From assembly GCA_046758965.1 (NCBI GenBank), contig JBHIBG010000015.1, forward strand, positions 1-39,884: 39,884 nt of DNA, in the 5' to 3' direction. A model generated the notes under the pieces. The model had not been told where the DNA came from. It saw only the letters and a list, made by a program, of their open reading frames with translations, and did not search any database. Positions 36,497 through 39,884 of the stretch are shown here, piece by piece. Numbering within the stretch: position 1 is the first letter of the stretch; each line of letters begins with the position of its first letter. The stretch comes from Candidatus Methylomirabilia bacterium (GTDB lineage Bacteria > Methylomirabilota > Methylomirabilia > Rokubacteriales > CSP1-6). The translations under genes were made by a program, and so were the position numbers.

Positions 36497-37659
36497 CTGA
36501 CGGCGTGGCGGTGGCGAAGCCAGTCGAGAGCGCGGATCGCCAGCTCGTTCTCGATCTCCCGGACCTCTATGCCGTGCCCGATCTCGCGGAGGAGTGTGAC
36601 CGTCAGGTCCCCGCCCAGGTGCTCGCGGAACTCGGCCAGGCCCTCGAGCACCAGAGGTCGCCGATCGGGTCCCCGCAGGTCCAGGGTCTCGTCCCAGAGG
36701 CGGAAGCCGAGCCGTTCCAGGAGCCCGATCACCGGCTCCAGCCGAGCCTCCTTGAGGAGGCCGGTCTTCACGGAATAGATGGTGTCCAGGGCCATGCCGA
36801 TCGCCACAGCTTCGCCGTGGCGCAGGCGGTTCCGGGTGAGAGATTCCAGCTTGTGGGCGGCCCAGTGGCCGAAGTCAAGCGGCCGGGCGCTGCCGAACTC
36901 GAACGGATCGCCGGAAGCGGCGATATGGTCCAGGTGAAGCTGGGCGCAGCGGCGGATCAGGTAGGCGAGGGCGTCGGGCTCGCAGGCGGTGAGGGCTCGG
37001 GCGTGCCCGACGAGCCAGTCGAAGAAGGCCGCGTCGCGGATCAGCGCGACCTTGACCGCTTCGGCCATCCCGGCGATTGTGTCCCGTCGGCTCAGCGTTT
37101 CAATGAAGCGGCTGTCGTTCAGGACGGCGAAGGGGGGCGCGAAGATCCCCAGGAAGTTCTTCTTGCCGAAAGCGTTGACGCCGGTCTTCACGCCCACCCC
37201 CGAATCGTTCTGAGCCAGCACCGTAGTCGGCACCCGCACCACCCGAAGGCCGCGGTGGACCGTGGCCGCGGCGTAGCCGGCCACATCCAGGAGCGCGCCG
37301 CCGCCGACGATCACCATGAACGACTGCCGGTCCATGCGCAGGGCGTTCAAACGCGCTTGCAGGTCGGCGACAATGGCGGGGTCGTTCTTGGCTGCCTCGC
37401 CGCCTTCGACCGCCAGCGGTTCGGCGACCAGTGCCAGGCGGTCTGAGTGGCGCTTCGCGTAGCGCTCGATGTCGCCCAGCAGTGAGGGCCGGGCCTGGGC
37501 CACTGCCTGCTCGACAACCACGAGCAGCCGGTGACGGCGCAGCGGTTCCTTGCGGGAAATGGCTTCCAGGAGGTCCGGATTCTCCGCGGAGAAGACGCCA
37601 GTGGAGAAGTAGACCGGATAGTCGTAGGAAACCACGATCTTCTGAATGTGGACACTCAT
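36493..37659 (-). CDS. eboD: 3-dehydroquinate synthase-like sugar phosphate cyclase EboD
   Basis: GGEAAKND, VGGGALLDVAGYAAA..HRG, PTTVLAQNDSGVGVK, AEAVKVALIRD, DPFEFGSARPLDFGHWAAHKLE, LRHGEAVAIG, EFREHLGG (EboD-type); coupled to eboE. Confidence 0.92.
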   Translation of the reverse strand: MSVHIQKIVVSYDYPVYFSTGVFSAENPDLLEAISRKEPLRRHRLLVVVEQAVAQARPSLLGDIERYAKRHSDRLALVAEPLAVEGGEAAKNDPAIVADLQARLNALRMDRQSFMVIVGGGALLDVAGYAAATVHRGLRVVRVPTTVLAQNDSGVGVKTGVNAFGKKNFLGIFAPPFAVLNDSRFIETLSRRDTIAGMAEAVKVALIRDAAFFDWLVGHARALTACEPDALAYLIRRCAQLHLDHIAASGDPFEFGSARPLDFGHWAAHKLESLTRNRLRHGEAVAIGMALDTIYSVKTGLLKEARLEPVIGLLERLGFRLWDETLDLRGPDRRPLVLEGLAEFREHLGGDLTVTLLREIGHGIEVREIENELAIRALDWLRHRHAVR

Positions 37660-37688
37660 GACTGTCGGCTCTTCGCTCCAGGCGGAGA

Positions 37689-37718
37689 ACGCTAACAGGA
37701 GAACGCGGCAGCTGTCAA
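37689..37718 (-). promoter_or_regulatory. eboDEC promoter TTGACA-18-TAGCGT with extended -10 (TGt)
   Basis: TGTCAA 37713-37718 and ACGCTA 37689-37694 on +. Confidence 0.6.
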
Positions 37719-37773
37719 GACACTGAGCCTCGCGGCTTCCTCCACTGAACCTCGCCGGGGGTGGGGCGGGGTC

Positions 37774-38142
37774 TCAGGCAGGTCCGAAGCCCACGACGGT
37801 CTGATCTTCCTGGATCAGCGGGCGGAACCGGACCGGTAATCCGGTCCGCAGCGACTCCAAGGGGATGTCGACGAGCTGGCCGAGCATCGTGAGCCCTTCG
37901 TCGAGTCGGACCACTGCCACCGCGTACGGAGCGCCAGCCGTGAGAGCGCGGAGCGGCGCGGCGTGGATGGTGAAACTCTCGATCGTGCCATGACCCTCGA
38001 GGGGGACCACCTCCCACGCCCGCCGAGAGCATGCCGCACAGGACTCCTTAGGGGGGACCGCCAGCTTGCCGCACCCCTGGCACCGGATCCCGGTGAGTCG
38101 TCCGGCCCGCGCTTCTTCGAAGAAGGCCTTGAGAGTGATCAT
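37774..38142 (-). CDS. Zn-ribbon/OB-fold protein (DUF35 family)
   Basis: FFEEARAGRL, CQGCG...PPKESCAAC, GTIESFT, PYAVAVVRLDEG, GLPVRFR. Confidence 0.9.
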   Translation of the reverse strand: MITLKAFFEEARAGRLTGIRCQGCGKLAVPPKESCAACSRRAWEVVPLEGHGTIESFTIHAAPLRALTAGAPYAVAVVRLDEGLTMLGQLVDIPLESLRTGLPVRFRPLIQEDQTVVGFGPA

Positions 38143-38226
38143 GGGGAGTGAGACTCTATAGAAATAGGACTTCTATGATACTCAAAGACGGCCTTTCAAT
38201 TCAAAAGGTTATGCTAGCATGACAAT

Positions 38227-39210
38227 GTGGAGCGTTTTGGCCTCGCAGTCCTCGGCTGCGGGTGGATTGCCCACCGTCACGCCGTTGCCGCGCAGGCGTT
38301 GGGAGAGCGGATCGCGCTCTCCTTCGCCAGTCGCGACCAGCGCCGGGCCGAGACTTACCGCGCACGGTACGGAGGAATGGCTGCATACGGGAGCTACCAG
38401 GCCGCCGTTACCGATCCCGCGGTGGAGGGGGTGGTCATCTGCACCCCTCACGACCGCCACCTGGCCGATGCTCTCCTGGCAGTTGCCCACGGGAAGCACG
38501 TCCTGGTAGAGAAGCCCATGGCACGGACGCTCGAGGAAGCGGATCACATGATCCAGGCCGCTCAGGCTGCTGGCGTGGCGCTCATGGTGGCGGAAAACTT
38601 CCGCTTCATGCCCGCGTTCCGAGCCGTACGGGTGCTGCTTGCTCAGGGCTGGCTCGGATCTCTCCGCCAGATCCAGATCATGGCTTGGGGCTACCGGGAC
38701 CAGAAAGGCTGGCGACTGTCCGCCGCTGCTGTGGGAGGCGGAGCGCTCATTGATGGGGGGATTCACTACGTGGATCTCCTGCTTCAGTGGGGCGGGCGGC
38801 CCGCCCGTGTCTTCGCCCTTGTCCCGCCGAAGTCGATTGCCCAGATGGAAGGGGAAGACGCAGTGAGCCTCCTGGTTCATCTGGGCGGGAGCGTCGTCGG
38901 GCTGCTCTCGCTGTCTCTTGCCGCGCGGCGAGTGCCGCGATTGCAGTGGTCCACGCTGACCGGAACGGCGGGCACTCTGTTTGTGGAACACGGGGGGCGG
39001 GGTCTCTGGCTCAGAAGTGAGCGAGGCCAGCGGATTCGGATGTTCCTACGCGATAGGCGAGGGTACCGAGCGATGCTGACCGAGTTTGTGGAGGCGGTCA
39101 GGGCCGGGCGGCTCCCCGAGATGGACGGTGTGCAGGGCCGTGGCGATCTTGCCATGGTGGTCGCCGCATATCGCTCCCACCAGACGGGTCTGCCTGTGGA
39201 GCTGGAGTGA
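38227..39210 (+). CDS. Gfo/Idh/MocA family oxidoreductase
   Basis: AVLGCGWIA, ICTPHDRH, GKHVLVEKPMA, GGGALIDGGIHYVD; GTG start 6 nt after TAGCAT. Confidence 0.92.
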   Translation: MERFGLAVLGCGWIAHRHAVAAQALGERIALSFASRDQRRAETYRARYGGMAAYGSYQAAVTDPAVEGVVICTPHDRHLADALLAVAHGKHVLVEKPMARTLEEADHMIQAAQAAGVALMVAENFRFMPAFRAVRVLLAQGWLGSLRQIQIMAWGYRDQKGWRLSAAAVGGGALIDGGIHYVDLLLQWGGRPARVFALVPPKSIAQMEGEDAVSLLVHLGGSVVGLLSLSLAARRVPRLQWSTLTGTAGTLFVEHGGRGLWLRSERGQRIRMFLRDRRGYRAMLTEFVEAVRAGRLPEMDGVQGRGDLAMVVAAYRSHQTGLPVELE

Positions 39211-39884
39211 TAGTTGAGGACCTGATCCTCGCACTGCTTGCGATCGTCGCGGCAGCGCTTCTCGTGGCAGGCCTGGTCCAGGCATCGCGCCTTTCGGCGT
39301 CACGCCGTAGCCACCCGCTCGGGCGAGGCCGGAGCAGGTTTCAGGGCCCTCGCCGGCAGAGAGGCGGTCCTGAGCTCGGGCGAGGGGAGGAGGCCCGTGC
39401 AGATCCGGTCCTGGAGCCGGCGTCTGCGCGGGTGCCCGCTCCCCCGGCACCGCTGCCCGAGCCAGCTTCGGCCGCTGAGCCGGTGGTGTTTGAGCCGGCC
39501 CCTACATGGGTGCCCGCTGCCCCTCCCCCGGCACCGCTGCCCGAGCCGACCCCGGTCGCTCGCCCGGCGGTCTCCGAACCGGCCTCTCCCCGGGTGCCCC
39601 CTCCCCCGGCGCCGGTGCCCGAGCCGACCCCGGTCGCTCGCCCGGCGGTCTCCGAACCGGCCTCTCCCCGGGTGCCCGCTCCCCCGGCACCGCTGCCCGA
39701 GCCAGCTCCGGCCGCCGAGCCGGTGGTGTCTGAACCGGCCTCTCCGGCGGTGACCCCTGAAACCGAAATGGTTCTCGAGCCTCCCGAGCTTCCCTCGGGT
39801 GCTGAGCCGGCGGTGTCTGAACCGGCCTCTGCGCCGGTGACCCCGGCCCCTCCCCCGGCACCGTTGCCCGAGCCAGCTCCGGCT
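39207..39884 (+). CDS. Membrane-anchored Pro/Ala/Glu-rich repeat protein, 3' partial
   Basis: GTG39207 overlaps the upstream TGA; MIVEDLILALLAIVAAALLVAGLVQ TM anchor, Arg-rich segment, then Pro-rich repeats; frame open to the window end, so absent from the ORF track. Confidence 0.78.
   Translation, partial: MIVEDLILALLAIVAAALLVAGLVQASRLSASRRSHPLGRGRSRFQGPRRQRGGPELGRGEEARADPVLEPASARVPAPPAPLPEPASAAEPVVFEPAPTWVPAAPPPAPLPEPTPVARPAVSEPASPRVPPPPAPVPEPTPVARPAVSEPASPRVPAPPAPLPEPAPAAEPVVSEPASPAVTPETEMVLEPPELPSGAEPAVSEPASAPVTPAPPPAPLPEPAPA
39414..39884 (+). repeat. Imperfect coding tandem repeat, unit about 78 bp (26 aa)
   Basis: Units start at 39414, 39492, 39576, 39654, 39732 and 39819; consensus EPASPRVPxPPAPLPEPxPxAxPxVS; all spacings are multiples of 3. 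Confidence 0.9.

Noticed and set aside
36493..37659. Housekeeping aroB
   Set aside because: Has EboD-type motifs (PLDFGHWAAHKLE, EFREHLGG), is coupled to eboE/eboC, and no shikimate genes are adjacent
39414..39884. CRISPR array
   Set aside because: Units are contiguous, in-frame coding repeats with no unique spacers, and there are no cas genes

Overview
GC-rich bacterial chromosomal window with no intact mobile element or CRISPR. Gene content is reminiscent of Methylomirabilota/Rokubacteria, which is an inference only. Left part: ATP-dependent DNA ligase, single-domain KaiC/RAD55-like ATPase, AlkZ/YcaQ-like protein, HD-domain tRNA nucleotidyltransferase (probably CC-adding), tRNA-Gly(CCC), two small membrane proteins, a hydantoinase/oxoprolinase A-B pair, a small AT-hook-like basic protein, and a TRAP transporter plus amidase. 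The main feature spans about 21 kb (16.2-37.7 kb). All six ebo genes are present but split into two convergent halves. On + are a GSDH/PQQ-type beta-propeller dehydrogenase, cytochrome c, eboA, eboB and eboF. On - are eboD, eboE and eboC, then a terminase-like scar, a signal-peptide-bearing YyaL-like protein, a Liv-type ABC importer with an extra 785-aa binding-protein-like gene, a Zn-ADH, a decayed TlpA-like redoxin and a second livM. The right end holds a DUF35 protein, a Gfo/Idh/MocA oxidoreductase and a Pro-rich repeat membrane protein cut off by the window edge. Several sigma70-like promoters (five with an 18-bp spacer), probable leaderless GTG starts, small ORFs missing from the ORF track and two candidate structured RNAs are also visible. 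All family calls come from motif recognition by eye; no database searches were run.
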